Position numbers and translations under genes: made by a program. Source: a virus. Taken from it: a DNA stretch of 64,000 nucleotides. Shown here one piece after another: positions 1 through 10,195 of the stretch. The DNA lies in UHGV virus genome UHGV-1351770; one strand, given 5' to 3'. Below the pieces are notes generated by a model. The model worked only from the letters and a program-made list of their open reading frames with translations, did no database searches and had not been told where the DNA came from. Numbering within the stretch: position 1 is the stretch's first letter; each line of letters opens with the position of its first letter.

Positions 1-191
1 ATAAGGTTTTTAGTACCGATTTAGCTGCTCCTGGCATTTCTCTAGGATTATATAGCCACCTAGCGTAAGGATTATCTCGAATAATTACTTCTGTATTTCC
101 AGACTTAGCAGCTTCTACAATCTTTTCTTCTATAAACTTTAGAAATGCGGGTACTTCTGTTAATCCTGCAAGTTCTTGAGCTTCTTTGGCT
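1..191 (-). CDS. hypothetical protein, truncated by the window edge (starts MISAKEAQELAGL...)
   Basis: ATG at 191..189 on the minus strand, preceded by GGAGG (complement of 198..202) with a 6-nt spacer. The frame is open to position 1. Confidence 0.45.
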
Positions 192-292
192 GAAATCATT
201 ATATACCTCCAGTTTATAAAATATATTATATTTTAATTTCACTAAATAAGCAAATGAAATTTAAATATAATAGCCCCGAAGGGCTATTTAAA

Positions 293-1147
293 TTACACAG
301 TGAATGGATACGCAATAGCAGGGTGGTGTTCGTAACCACGAACAGTAAAATCATCCTTACTTACCCAGGTCAATACATCCTCCAAAGTTCGGATATTTGG
401 ATTGATTTCTAGAGTAGGAGGTGCAAAAGGTTCACGATCGAATTGCTTATGCTCCATCAAAACATTATACTGATCCTCATAGATATGAAGATTGATAATC
501 TTCTGGCGTGCAATTCCTGGTTTAAGGCCTGTAATCTGTGCCATTAATGCTAGAAGCGTATAGCACTGAACCATGTTAAATACTTGGCCTAACAGGAAGT
601 CATTAGATCTCTGGAAAGAATTCAGGTATAATGTATCTCCCAAAATAGAGAACTGATGAGTGTGCATACATGGACGTAAGCAACCCTTTGAGAACTCTCC
701 CGGATTCCAGAAAGTTAGAATTTCTCCACGATCATCAATGCCATTTTTCAGATTATGATAAATCTTGGCTAGTTGGTCAAACATAAGACCATCGGAATTA
801 GTCCACTGACGTCCTTGAACACCATAGACTCGTCCCATATCATCCTCACCTTTACGGTATGGATTGTCTAGCCAAGCTAAATTTTCATTTGCATTAGCAT
901 TCCATGTGTTAACACCAATAGCGCGGAACTGTGCTGCTGAATCATACCCACGTAGATACCCAATCATTTCCATTATTGCTTGTTTTGCAAACGCCTTACG
1001 AGTAGTAATAAGGGGAAATTCACCTGCACCTACGTTAAAAGTAAAATCTGCGTCAATAATAGTGAGGCAACGAACCCCTGTTCTAGGATTCGTTACCCAC
1101 TGACCCTCTGATAGAATACGTTTTCCAACTTCGATATACTGATCCAT
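293..1147 (-). CDS. thyA: thymidylate synthase
   Basis: 284 aa. Carries the ThyA active-site and core motifs [10 protein letters not shown] ... [26 protein letters not shown] (compare E. coli LAPCH...[20 protein letters not shown]). Confidence 0.9.
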   Translation of the reverse strand: MDQYIEVGKRILSEGQWVTNPRTGVRCLTIIDADFTFNVGAGEFPLITTRKAFAKQAIMEMIGYLRGYDSAAQFRAIGVNTWNANANENLAWLDNPYRKGEDDMGRVYGVQGRQWTNSDGLMFDQLAKIYHNLKNGIDDRGEILTFWNPGEFSKGCLRPCMHTHQFSILGDTLYLNSFQRSNDFLLGQVFNMVQCYTLLALMAQITGLKPGIARQKIINLHIYEDQYNVLMEHKQFDREPFAPPTLEINPNIRTLEDVLTWVSKDDFTVRGYEHHPAIAYPFTV

Positions 1148-1680
1148 TAATAAGTAACCAATTCCTGTACAAATCGCAGGCTGTTATCACTGTTTGCGCC
1201 GGTTGCGTAAACTAAACGCGTAGATTCATAGTTGTAATCTAGAATCGTATTATCCAGATGTACATCTGCCTCTAGTTTTTGATTACTAAAGATTGTGGAT
1301 ACAAAAGCACTTTCAATATGTCCATGAATATACATTTCGTACAGTAATGTTGCACCACCTAAAACCACTGTCTGCTGATCTTTTAAGAACGTAGGTAATG
1401 TATCCCCAATCTTTGAAATTGGAGTATAGATACCATGTTTAATATCATCAGGCAGAGGACGATCCGCACGAATAAAGAGGTCAGATTCTCCAATCATACG
1501 TTGCCGAACAACTTCTGGAAGTGCTAAATAAGTACCTGCACCAATGATGATGTTATCTGGGTTCAACACGTCCAGTTGAGAGTAGAAAGCATCTAGTTCT
1601 TCTTTGAAGGAACCCCATGGGAGTTTGCCTCGGAGGCCGAACTCCCCATTCGGCCCAACTGCATATAATGCCGTTATCAT
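1147..1680 (-). CDS. frd: dihydrofolate reductase
   Basis: 177 aa. N-terminal [22 protein letters not shown] matches the DHFR substrate-binding pattern. It is start/stop-coupled to thyA and nrdB, as in T-even and T5 phages. Confidence 0.8.
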   Translation of the reverse strand: MITALYAVGPNGEFGLRGKLPWGSFKEELDAFYSQLDVLNPDNIIIGAGTYLALPEVVRQRMIGESDLFIRADRPLPDDIKHGIYTPISKIGDTLPTFLKDQQTVVLGGATLLYEMYIHGHIESAFVSTIFSNQKLEADVHLDNTILDYNYESTRLVYATGANSDNSLRFVQELVTY

Positions 1681-2822
1681 AAGAAATCTCCAAATTCATT
1701 GCCCAGATCTTTCAGAGTATCCGTAGAGGTCTCAGTTACCTGACCTACACGGTAGGCTGCACCAATCTGGATTTCTTGTGGAGCAGGCTGTAAAGAAGTG
1801 GTATCCAACCAGTTCATGATCCACGGAATAGGGTTTTTGGTGATTACTGGTAAATGACTAGGCCATTCTACACCAATGTGCATAAACGCATTACGCCCCA
1901 CAAAATATAGGTACTCTTCTAGAAGTTCTGCGTTCAAACCAATCAGACTACGACCTTTGAAAATGAAATGACCCCATTCAATTTCAGTTTTTAGAGTTTT
2001 CAGGAGCTGTGCTGGTGCTTTAGCCACTGCTTCCTCTACCAGATCTTTGTCAAATTGTTGAAACATAATCTGGATGATTGCTTTGGACATCTGAGTGTGC
2101 AGAGCTTCATCTTTAGCGATTAATTGCAGATTTTTAGCAATACCTTGCAGAATATCGTTTTCTGCTAATGCAAAGGTACATGCAAAGGATGCGTAAAACT
2201 GCATTGCTTCCAGACCGTAGATCGCAAAGTAAGCATCTAATAGCTTAGCCTGAGTTTCACGTTTAACTTCGGGGAACTCAGTTTCTGGATATGTATTGTC
2301 GCCACGATGATCGCGTACTGCGATGAAATACTGACCTAACTGGTACAGTTCATCGAATAGTTCAACAGAATCAGCTATGCGTGCGAATGCTTCTTGGTTT
2401 TTGGTTACAGAATCAATAAATTCTGCTGGATCAGTTAGCACATTACGAATAATATTGCTATAAGCACGACTATGCAGATCTTCGAAGTAGCTCCACTGCT
2501 TGAGCATACCTTCCAATTCTGGACGACTTACAAGCGGCATAATAGCCGCTTCAGGAGCACGACTGATAAAGGAATCTGTTTGAGTCTGCCATGCTAAGTT
2601 CAGGAGTGTAATTTCCTGAATTTCACGTGGGAGATTAGGCCATTGTTTCTTATCTGCTTCCAGACTGATTTCAGTTTCAGTCCAAAATTGAGAGCGTTGC
2701 AGAAGTGCCAGACGTTCTAGTTCTGGATGTGCTACACGTACATAATCTGCGATACCGAGAGAATCGCCCAGGAAAAGATCAGCGTTAGTATGATCCCAAT
2801 TCAGGTTTAGTAAAGTAGTCAT
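1677..2822 (-). CDS. nrdB: ribonucleotide reductase class Ia small (beta) subunit
   Basis: 381 aa. Sits immediately downstream of nrdA on the same strand and has NrdB-like size and acidic/aromatic composition. The assignment rests on synteny and size; no motif was read from the sequence. Confidence 0.8.
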   Translation of the reverse strand: MTTLLNLNWDHTNADLFLGDSLGIADYVRVAHPELERLALLQRSQFWTETEISLEADKKQWPNLPREIQEITLLNLAWQTQTDSFISRAPEAAIMPLVSRPELEGMLKQWSYFEDLHSRAYSNIIRNVLTDPAEFIDSVTKNQEAFARIADSVELFDELYQLGQYFIAVRDHRGDNTYPETEFPEVKRETQAKLLDAYFAIYGLEAMQFYASFACTFALAENDILQGIAKNLQLIAKDEALHTQMSKAIIQIMFQQFDKDLVEEAVAKAPAQLLKTLKTEIEWGHFIFKGRSLIGLNAELLEEYLYFVGRNAFMHIGVEWPSHLPVITKNPIPWIMNWLDTTSLQPAPQEIQIGAAYRVGQVTETSTDTLKDLGNEFGDFL

Positions 2823-2928
2823 TGATTTTCCTCTTTCTCACTATTTCAGGAATATTATAGCAAATCTGGTAGCGATTAGCAAGTAAAATTTCAAAGAAAA
2901 AGGAGACCCGAAGATCTCCTTGTTTTTA

Positions 2929-5364
2929 TTAAATAGTACAACCACCGGATGCACAACCGGCTGCTTCTTCTCCAGCACCTCCACCATTTGCGGTATTGAA
3001 GTTAGCATAATACCAAGTTTTCCACCCATACTTAACAGCAGTCATGAAATCACGAACTACTACTGGGCCAGGAATGATTTCATTCTCAAACTTGGTGTAG
3101 TCATAGTACATATTCGTACTGATAGACTGGCTGAAGAATTTCTGCATAGTTGCTACCCACTTGATCCACTCGATACGATCTACATCATAAGCCAGTTTAT
3201 AGCTCATTAACGTTTCCCAATCGGTTGCACCTGGAGCAATTGCAATTACTTTATTAACTGCACTACCCTTGATAGATACAATCTTACGGGGTGGTTCGAT
3301 AGAGTTAGTAACACCTAACAGAACGGAAGAACTTTCTCCCGGCATCTGAGCAGTCAGAACAGAGTTACGCATACCATATTTCAAAATATCTGCACGCAGA
3401 GACTCCCAATCTATTTCTAGACCTACGGATACCAGTTCATCAACAGTTTTCTTGTACGTGTCGATTACCAGAATTCCTTTAGATGGTTTAGTACGATCAA
3501 ACCACTCACATGCACCCTGTTCTTTAGCTAGGCGTACAGAGGCTTTATGCAGGAAGTAAGACAGTTTTTCAGCCTCACGGTGAATCCAGTTACGGGCTTC
3601 AATACCTTCGTAAGCCAGACCTTCTGCTGCCATTGCACCTGCTGCGTTCATCAGGCCAATACCAACATTACGACGTTTCTTAGCCGTATATTCCATAGTT
3701 GGGAACGGATAATCCTGAATTTCAATAATTGTATCAACGAATTTCAGAAGGATGTAGCAAGTTTTTTCCCACTCAGCCAGAGATTCCATGCGTCCAAGTA
3801 CAACACCCCCGAGGTTACACAGAGATACTTCACCAATATCCTCCGGCTTCATTTGATCAAGCTGCTCTTTTGTCTTATACAGCTCTGTGATATGATGGAA
3901 CGGGCGAGTAGGCTGAGTAATTTCAACACAAAGGTTTGTCATACGGATCGGATCAAGGAAGTTACCGTGACGGTTAGATTCCCCAATGTGATGAGCATAC
4001 ATACGTCCTGTTTCCATTCGGATACGTAGCCAAGTATCTAGGATTTCTTTTGCAGAGACTTTAGGAGCTGCAGGAACAGTTTTTCCTTCGTGGTCGATCT
4101 TTGTAAGAGATGCCACACGTTTCTCCGCTGCCACGTAGATTTCTTCAAATTTAGCCTCGTCATCACTATAAAACGCTTCATGAACTTCTGGAGCATAGAA
4201 GTATGACATTAGCGTAATATCTTCGTTTTTAAGATAACGTTTTAACAAAAGATTGTTAAAGCTCAGAGAATAATCCATCTTATCGATTTTATTCTCGTCT
4301 GTAGCACGTTGTTGCTTAACCTGCATCAATTGAATGATTTCAGGGTCGAAGTACGGATAAGACACTGTGGCAGAACCACCACGAGTTTGCTGAGTATTGG
4401 CCTTTACTGAGCGGTCAATGTGTCGATAATATGGCAGTTTTCCGGAATGCGGGAATGCCCCATTTCGCACCGGATCAGCAATTGATCGGCTTTCAAGATG
4501 ATACCCGATTCCCGCTCTGGCTGCGACCATTTTGAAGACGATGTGCTCGGCGGTGTCGATTGAATCCAACGTGTCAGTGGAATCCACGAGGCAGCAACTA
4601 GCAAATCCACGGTCACTAGAGCGCAGACCAACCAGTGGCGGCGTAGGAACGTTGATTTTGTGGAGTGACATTGCGTTGTAGAGGTCGATTGCATCTAGAA
4701 TTGTCCAGTTAGGTTGAGATAACATCGCCATTGCCATACCCATATAGGCAAACTGCGGAGTTTCATAAATTTCACCAGTGGCTATATTACGACGGGAATA
4801 CTTATCAAAGAACTGCTTCAGCCCACCACTAGTAAAAAGACGGTCACGATCATGGTCGATAACCTGATTCAGAGCTTCAAATTGCTCATCGGTAATCCAT
4901 GCACTCATGTCTTCCCATGCACCTACGCTAACCATATGGTCATGGAAGAAGCGCAGAGAAGGCGGTTCGAAGGAATCATAGAGGCGTTTACGCATTTGCG
5001 CAAGACGTAATTCCTTTGCTGGCACATCATATGCTGGATTATCTTTGATAAGACTTTCAGCAGCTTTAATTAATGCATCCATCAGAGTGTCGGAATCTAC
5101 AACCCCTTTAGGCAGAGTTTTTTGAGCAGCCATAGTAATGGCTGACCAACTTACATCAACTGTTTTGCAACCATACTCCGCCCAACCATTGAGTTTTTCA
5201 GGAGCAAAGTCTTCTACAGTACCGTCACGTTTAATTACTTTTTCAATGCGATGGCTCATTTGGCTTTCCTTTTTATAGTTATCAGGATTTAAGGAATATT
5301 CTACTTTATTATCGGTCATTAGGCAAATAAAATTTTCTGATAGAAAAGGCCCGAGTATTTTCAT
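2929..5364 (-). CDS. nrdA: ribonucleotide reductase class Ia large (alpha) subunit
   Basis: 811 aa. N-terminal ATP-cone (RIEKVIKRDGTVEDF), C-terminal CASGGC redox cysteine pair, and nrdAB arrangement. Confidence 0.88.
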   Translation of the reverse strand: MKILGPFLSENFICLMTDNKVEYSLNPDNYKKESQMSHRIEKVIKRDGTVEDFAPEKLNGWAEYGCKTVDVSWSAITMAAQKTLPKGVVDSDTLMDALIKAAESLIKDNPAYDVPAKELRLAQMRKRLYDSFEPPSLRFFHDHMVSVGAWEDMSAWITDEQFEALNQVIDHDRDRLFTSGGLKQFFDKYSRRNIATGEIYETPQFAYMGMAMAMLSQPNWTILDAIDLYNAMSLHKINVPTPPLVGLRSSDRGFASCCLVDSTDTLDSIDTAEHIVFKMVAARAGIGYHLESRSIADPVRNGAFPHSGKLPYYRHIDRSVKANTQQTRGGSATVSYPYFDPEIIQLMQVKQQRATDENKIDKMDYSLSFNNLLLKRYLKNEDITLMSYFYAPEVHEAFYSDDEAKFEEIYVAAEKRVASLTKIDHEGKTVPAAPKVSAKEILDTWLRIRMETGRMYAHHIGESNRHGNFLDPIRMTNLCVEITQPTRPFHHITELYKTKEQLDQMKPEDIGEVSLCNLGGVVLGRMESLAEWEKTCYILLKFVDTIIEIQDYPFPTMEYTAKKRRNVGIGLMNAAGAMAAEGLAYEGIEARNWIHREAEKLSYFLHKASVRLAKEQGACEWFDRTKPSKGILVIDTYKKTVDELVSVGLEIDWESLRADILKYGMRNSVLTAQMPGESSSVLLGVTNSIEPPRKIVSIKGSAVNKVIAIAPGATDWETLMSYKLAYDVDRIEWIKWVATMQKFFSQSISTNMYYDYTKFENEIIPGPVVVRDFMTAVKYGWKTWYYANFNTANGGGAGEEAAGCASGGCTI

Positions 5365-5401
5365 ACCCAGGCCCTGTATATTACCAGTCTAGCTTTTTAG
5401 C

Positions 5402-5623
5402 TTATTCAATTACTTTAGCTCTAGCTACTTCTTTTAATAGAATATCTATGGAGGTGCTCAGCTCGTTATAATTGAATGGTTTATTTGGATTTGAGGTTAC
5501 AATTTTCCACGCTAGGGTTGTCTTAGGACTTTCTTCCCCTTCCTTACGTGTAATCATATTAGCAGCACTCAGTGAAGTACGATGTATTTTAGTTTTACGG
5601 CTCAGATGAACGACGTTTCCCAT
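5402..5623 (-). CDS. hypothetical small basic protein (MGNVVHLSRKTKIHR...)
   Basis: ATG at 5623..5621 immediately after the phoH stop, with E. coli-optimal codon usage. The longer 96-aa ORF reaches into phoH, so the internal start is preferred. Confidence 0.4.
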   Translation of the reverse strand: MGNVVHLSRKTKIHRTSLSAANMITRKEGEESPKTTLAWKIVTSNPNKPFNYNELSTSIDILLKEVARAKVIE

Positions 5624-5624
5624 A

Positions 5625-6386
5625 TTACACCTTCCCCATGTCTTTAAAAATATCATAGAATGCTTTAGACTCAACAGAACGAACGTTATCAATCAATTCG
5701 ATCATTGAGAATGGGGCATTTTCGTATTTCTCATAGACTTCCATAAGGAGTGCTAGACCTGAGTCACCTTTAATGTCTTTCTGAGCTATATCTCCGCAGA
5801 TAATTAAACGGCAGTCTTGTCCTACACGAGTTAGGAGACAAATCATTGCCTCAACGGAAATATTCTGAGCTTCATCGACAATTACATAGGAGTTGTTGAA
5901 AGTTCTGCCACGAGCATGTTCGATAGCCAAAAATTTAATTTTCTGACGTTCGACATATCCCTTATAGGCATGATCGCCGATGGCCCATTTCATACCATCA
6001 GCTATTGGCTCCAACCAAGGCTCTAGCTTTTCTGCTAGATCACCAGGAAGCATACCAAGAGACTTACCTAGAGGTTCATTAGGACGTACGAGGATCACTT
6101 GCTCAATATCTGAGTGAATGTCTACGAGTTCCTGAGCTGCAAGAACGGACGGAATAAAGGTTTTACCAGTACCTGGCTCACCGATACCCACAGTCACTGT
6201 GTTGTTCTTGATCATATTGATATATGATTTTTGCTCGCGGTTTTTACCTACTAGGGATTTAGCAACTGGGTTAGCGTAATCATTAGAAAAATCAGCCTGA
6301 ATTACGTTGTTCTCATATTTGTTGCCACGCTTTCTTGAACCATTGCGGTTCTCTCTTTTTTGACGTGCTTTTCCCATAAATAACAC
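5625..6386 (-). CDS. phoH: PhoH-like ATPase
   Basis: 253 aa. Walker A GEPGTGKT; PhoH family size and layout. Confidence 0.85.
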   Translation of the reverse strand: MLFMGKARQKRENRNGSRKRGNKYENNVIQADFSNDYANPVAKSLVGKNREQKSYINMIKNNTVTVGIGEPGTGKTFIPSVLAAQELVDIHSDIEQVILVRPNEPLGKSLGMLPGDLAEKLEPWLEPIADGMKWAIGDHAYKGYVERQKIKFLAIEHARGRTFNNSYVIVDEAQNISVEAMICLLTRVGQDCRLIICGDIAQKDIKGDSGLALLMEVYEKYENAPFSMIELIDNVRSVESKAFYDIFKDMGKV

Positions 6387-6670
6387 TCCTATAGTGTACT
6401 TCGCTAACAGAGGATCAACAAAAAGATCTTGTTTATCAACTTACAAATATATTATACCAATATATACAGTAAAAAGCAACTACAATTTTAAATAAGCCTA
6501 TGATATTGCATTTAAATAAAAATTTGCTTGCTTTTAGCGTGAGATGTGTGATACTAGATAATCATTTTATATCGCGTGCACGAGTGCGTGATTATACAAT
6601 TTTTAATAGAGATTGGCAAATAAAATTTTTTGACTCAGATCATGTTACAGAACTTTATAGTAAAATATTG

Positions 6671-6699
6671 TTGACATCCGCCCTCGAATGAGTTATAAT
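6671..6699 (+). promoter_or_regulatory. sigma70-type promoter upstream of nrdD (TTGACA, 17 bp, TATAAT)
   Basis: ttgaca at 6671..6676 and tataat at 6694..6699, with exact 17-bp spacing. Confidence 0.7.
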
Positions 6700-6728
6700 A
6701 GTAGTCTTAGTTAGAGAAGGAGAGTGTA

Positions 6729-8603
6729 ATGAATCGTAATGAAGAACTAAAATATAAAGAAATGCAGGCGTTAATTAGAAACTGCAAAGAGATTATCGAA
6801 GGGTCAGCAGATGAAGAGCTGCTGTTTAATAATGCTAATAAACCCTCAGAACGTTTCCCTACACAAAGGGATATGCTTGCAGGTGAATTGAGTAAGTATC
6901 TGATTCTAGAAGAAATGCCAATTCAGATTCGAAATGCTCATATGATTGGGGATATTCATTTCCATGATGCTGATTATGCTGCATTAGGCATGACTAACTG
7001 TTGTCTGGTAGCTCTGGAAGATATGTTGAAGAATGGTATGAAGGTTGGTAATGCTGAAATTAGCACTCCAAACTCTATCACTACTGCGGCGGCTATTACT
7101 GCCCAGATTATCACTCAGGTTAGCTCCCATCAGTATGGTGGTACTTCTGTAGATCGCCTTGATGAAGTATTAGCCCCTTATGTTCGTAAATCCTATGACA
7201 AAAATCATGCGTTTGCAAAACGTTGGACTAAGGATGAAGCCAAAGCATCAGTAATGGCTACGGAGATGACTGAAAAGGAAGTCTATGATGCCTGTCAGGG
7301 TCTGGAGTATGAAATCAATACGATGTTCAACTCTAATGGTCAGAGTCCATTTATTACCTTTGGTTTTGGTCTAGGAACTTCTTGGGAAGCACGTCTAGTA
7401 CAGAAAGCAATACTGAAAGTACGCATGGATGGTTTAGGTATCAATAAACGTACAGCTATCTTCCCTAAACTAGTATTTGTACTTCGTGATGGCGTAAATA
7501 TGAAGCCAGGAGATGTTAATTATGACATCAAGAAGTTAGCTATGAAATGTACTGCTGAACGTATGTATCCAGATTATATCAGCTATGATAAGGTTGTGGA
7601 AGTTACTGGAGACTATAAAGTTTCTATGGGCTGCCGTTCATTCCTAGCTGCTACAGAAGATGGTGAAACTGCCGGTCGTAATAACTTAGGTGTTGTTTCT
7701 GTAAACTTGCCTAGAATTGCTATCGAAGCTGAAGGAAATATTGACCTATTCTTTGATTTGCTTGAGCTACGTGTAGATACAGCATTAAAAGCGTTGGAGT
7801 GGAGAGTTGATCGCTTAAAATACATTCAAGCTAAAGCTGCACCCATCCTCTATATGTCAGGAGCCTTTGGGTTGCGCTTGGAGCCTGATGAATATGTATT
7901 CGATCATTTCTATAACCGTGCTTCTGTATCTCTAGGGTATATTGGCTGCCATGAAATGCTACAGTTCATGTTTGGCAAAGATGTAGACACAATGTCCGAG
8001 ACCTGCATCAAGTTTGTTCAGCGTGTATTGCAGTACATGCGGGATAGGGTCGATCAGAAGAAGGAAGAAACTAAATTAGGTTATAGCCTGTATGCTACAC
8101 CATCAGAATCCCTATGTGACCGTTTTTGTCGTCTAGACCGTGAATATTTCCCGGAGTATGAAGATATTCTGTCTAAAGGATACTACACTAACTCTCACCA
8201 CCTTGATGTGGAACGTAAAGTTGCTCCTAACGTGAAATTTGATTATGAGTCTAACTTTACTCCGATTGCTTCTGGTGGGTGTATTTCCTACGTAGAATTA
8301 CCGGATATGAAACGATTCCCAGATGCACTGGAATGGGTTATTAATTATGCTGCTAGTAAGGTTCATTACTTCGGTATTAATACCCCAGTGGATTCTTGTG
8401 GTAAATGTGGATTCTTAGGTGAAACAATAGCATCCGAAGATGGATTTAAGTGCCCTATCTGTGGTAATCATGACCCCGAAACTCTTGAAGTAACTCGTCG
8501 AGTTTGTGGGTATCTTGGAAATCCTGGTGCTCGTCCATTTAACCCCGGCAAACAGCACGAGGTGATGGGCAGAGTGAAACATCAGGATATTCGAGCTAAA
8601 TAA
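6729..8603 (+). CDS. nrdD: anaerobic ribonucleoside-triphosphate reductase (class III)
   Basis: 624 aa. C-terminal glycine-radical motif RVCGYLG and Zn ribbon CPICGNHD...C. Confidence 0.88.
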   Translation: MNRNEELKYKEMQALIRNCKEIIEGSADEELLFNNANKPSERFPTQRDMLAGELSKYLILEEMPIQIRNAHMIGDIHFHDADYAALGMTNCCLVALEDMLKNGMKVGNAEISTPNSITTAAAITAQIITQVSSHQYGGTSVDRLDEVLAPYVRKSYDKNHAFAKRWTKDEAKASVMATEMTEKEVYDACQGLEYEINTMFNSNGQSPFITFGFGLGTSWEARLVQKAILKVRMDGLGINKRTAIFPKLVFVLRDGVNMKPGDVNYDIKKLAMKCTAERMYPDYISYDKVVEVTGDYKVSMGCRSFLAATEDGETAGRNNLGVVSVNLPRIAIEAEGNIDLFFDLLELRVDTALKALEWRVDRLKYIQAKAAPILYMSGAFGLRLEPDEYVFDHFYNRASVSLGYIGCHEMLQFMFGKDVDTMSETCIKFVQRVLQYMRDRVDQKKEETKLGYSLYATPSESLCDRFCRLDREYFPEYEDILSKGYYTNSHHLDVERKVAPNVKFDYESNFTPIASGGCISYVELPDMKRFPDALEWVINYAASKVHYFGINTPVDSCGKCGFLGETIASEDGFKCPICGNHDPETLEVTRRVCGYLGNPGARPFNPGKQHEVMGRVKHQDIRAK

Positions 8604-8606
8604 GCC

Positions 8607-8640
8607 AATCAGCCGGGTTGCTAGTCGACCTGGCTTTTAT
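8607..8640 (+). terminator. putative intrinsic terminator after nrdD (imperfect stem gccgggt/acctggc followed by a T-run)
   Basis: Hairpin with one G-U pair followed by ttttatttt. Confidence 0.35.
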
Positions 8641-8645
8641 TTTAT

Positions 8646-8700
8646 TTGCTTTCAGCCAAAAATTTATATATAATAGATTTATAAATTTGAGAGGAGAAAG
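8646..8700 (+). promoter_or_regulatory. T5 PN25-type early promoter plus conserved leader (TTGCTT, 17 bp, TATAAT, then ATAAATTTGAGAGGAG)
   Basis: ttgctt 8646..8651 and tataat 8669..8674, followed by ataaatttgagaggag, which doubles as the RBS for the 8703 gene. Confidence 0.8.
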
Positions 8701-8702
8701 CT

Positions 8703-8984
8703 ATGAGCGAATTGCTTCCTAAAATAGATGTCTCCCATCTTGGAGAGCCTAGTGAAGAACGTAAGGCTCTAGATTGGTTGGGCGGATTTGATTATCGTCG
8801 TGTTGTTGCAACATGGAATGATAAGAAAGTTAAGAAGTTTCGGGTACATTATGTAGGTAAAGACAAGTGGCTCTGGATTGATTATGAAGAATCGAATGGG
8901 TATACTAAGGCTGTGAAAATTTATCGCATGTATGGGTATTATTACGCTCACTGTGATAAGAATGAATTTACAGTACAGAACTAA
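8703..8984 (+). CDS. hypothetical protein (93 aa)
   Basis: ORF directly behind the early promoter/RBS. No recognisable motif, and no Cys cluster, so it is not an NrdG activase. Confidence 0.6.
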   Translation: MSELLPKIDVSHLGEPSEERKALDWLGGFDYRRVVATWNDKKVKKFRVHYVGKDKWLWIDYEESNGYTKAVKIYRMYGYYYAHCDKNEFTVQN

Positions 8985-8993
8985 GGAACAAGA

Positions 8994-9197
8994 ATGAAAA
9001 ACGTAAAACATCTTAAATATCGCTTAATTTACAACGGACGTATGGAAACAGAAGACCTGGCCCAATTAGCTATTAATTCTAATGAGGTTACAGTGCGTGC
9101 GCTGGCAATTGAAAAGTTGCGTGCCTCTTATGAAAATCGTGTTATGGAACTAGAGGAGAAACTTTATGGCATTCTCGAAGCCGATGCTACCAGATAA
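8994..9197 (+). CDS. hypothetical protein (67 aa)
   Basis: ORF in operon context; AGGAAC before the ATG. Confidence 0.5.
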   Translation: MKNVKHLKYRLIYNGRMETEDLAQLAINSNEVTVRALAIEKLRASYENRVMELEEKLYGILEADATR

Positions 9198-9387
9198 GGG
9201 TTTAAACTCCGCTTTGGAAAACGCATTAATGCAGCACTGGGAAACTGGCTATAAGGATGGTGTTGAATCCTGCGCTACTATGCTAGAAGTTATTGCTAAT
9301 ACCTTAATGGAGAAAGGTAACAAAGAATTAGCTGAGCTGTTAGACAGTATTGGGCAAAACTTTAGAGAACAGGTGAAAAATGCGTAG
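9166..9387 (+). CDS. hypothetical protein (73 aa)
   Basis: Overlaps its neighbours by short start/stop overlaps, suggesting translational coupling. Confidence 0.5.
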   Translation: MAFSKPMLPDKGLNSALENALMQHWETGYKDGVESCATMLEVIANTLMEKGNKELAELLDSIGQNFREQVKNA

Positions 9388-10195
9388 ATTAATTATTATT
9401 AGCGGTGCAGGTTTGAGTGTTGAAAGTGGTGTACGAGCCTTCCGTACTGATACTACTAGTGGTAAAGCATTATGGGATGATTATGATCTAGAAGAAGTAT
9501 GTAATATTCATGCCTTTCGTGGTAATTTTTATCATAAAACCCATATGTTTTACAACAAGCGTCGTGAAGAGCTAAAAACTGTTGAACCCAATCTTGCGCA
9601 TTTGCGTATTGGTGAATGGTATAAACAATACCCTGGTCAAGTAGTAAACTTGACCACCAACGTAGATGACCTTATTGAGCGTGCTGGCGTTCCACATAAT
9701 GACATTCTGCACATTCACGGATATTTAAAAGAGGTTGTTGTAGCTGATAGCTACAATAGTAGCAATAAACGGATTATTGACGTAGGATACAATTCTATTG
9801 ATCCAGATGATTATAAATGGGTTAAACCTAATGTAATCTTCTTTGGAGAGCATGCTCCTGCATATGCAGAAATGTACAATGTTTTTGATGGTATTACCAG
9901 TCAGGATATGATCGTTGTGGTTGGTTGCTCTAACCAAGTAATTAACTTCTACTGGGAATTATTTCCTGTTCTTAATTTGACTGCTGCCAAGCTAATGATT
10001 GTTAACTACTATGATAGTGCACTAGCGGAGGAACCGGGCTATCAAGGTATGACTCGTAGTGAGATGTACCAGCTGGAAGAACGCGGTATCCCTTACTGGA
10101 GTAAAGGTGCGGTAGATGCTTTCAGTGATCCTGATTTTATTGCTCGTGTAGAAGCTCATTTAGGGGGTAGACCTTATGTGTCAGGAAATAAGTAA
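9380..10195 (+). CDS. Sir2-family NAD-dependent deacylase/ADP-ribosyltransferase-like protein lacking the zinc ribbon
   Basis: 271 aa. Rossmann motifs SGAGLSVESGVRAFR, TTNVDDLIERAG, HIHGY and VKPNVIFFGE are present. The CxxC...CxxC zinc module between them is absent. Confidence 0.8.
   Translation: MRRLIIISGAGLSVESGVRAFRTDTTSGKALWDDYDLEEVCNIHAFRGNFYHKTHMFYNKRREELKTVEPNLAHLRIGEWYKQYPGQVVNLTTNVDDLIERAGVPHNDILHIHGYLKEVVVADSYNSSNKRIIDVGYNSIDPDDYKWVKPNVIFFGEHAPAYAEMYNVFDGITSQDMIVVVGCSNQVINFYWELFPVLNLTAAKLMIVNYYDSALAEEPGYQGMTRSEMYQLEERGIPYWSKGAVDAFSDPDFIARVEAHLGGRPYVSGNK

Noticed and set aside
864-1103. 79-aa plus-strand ORF inside thyA
   Set aside because: Antisense to a well-supported ThyA gene; no RBS; low-complexity translation. 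Spurious.
2841-3029. 62-aa ORF between nrdB and nrdA
   Set aside because: Overlaps the 3' end of nrdA in another frame, with no RBS. The nrdA-nrdB intergenic region more likely carries only the nrdB RBS.
3547-4029. 160-aa plus-strand ORF inside nrdA (and 4404..4694 on the minus strand in another frame)
   Set aside because: Embedded in or antisense to NrdA, Cys/His-rich by chance; no independent signals.
8703-8984. Possible NrdG activase downstream of nrdD
   Set aside because: The 93-aa product lacks the CxxxCxxC radical-SAM cluster and any Cys-rich region.
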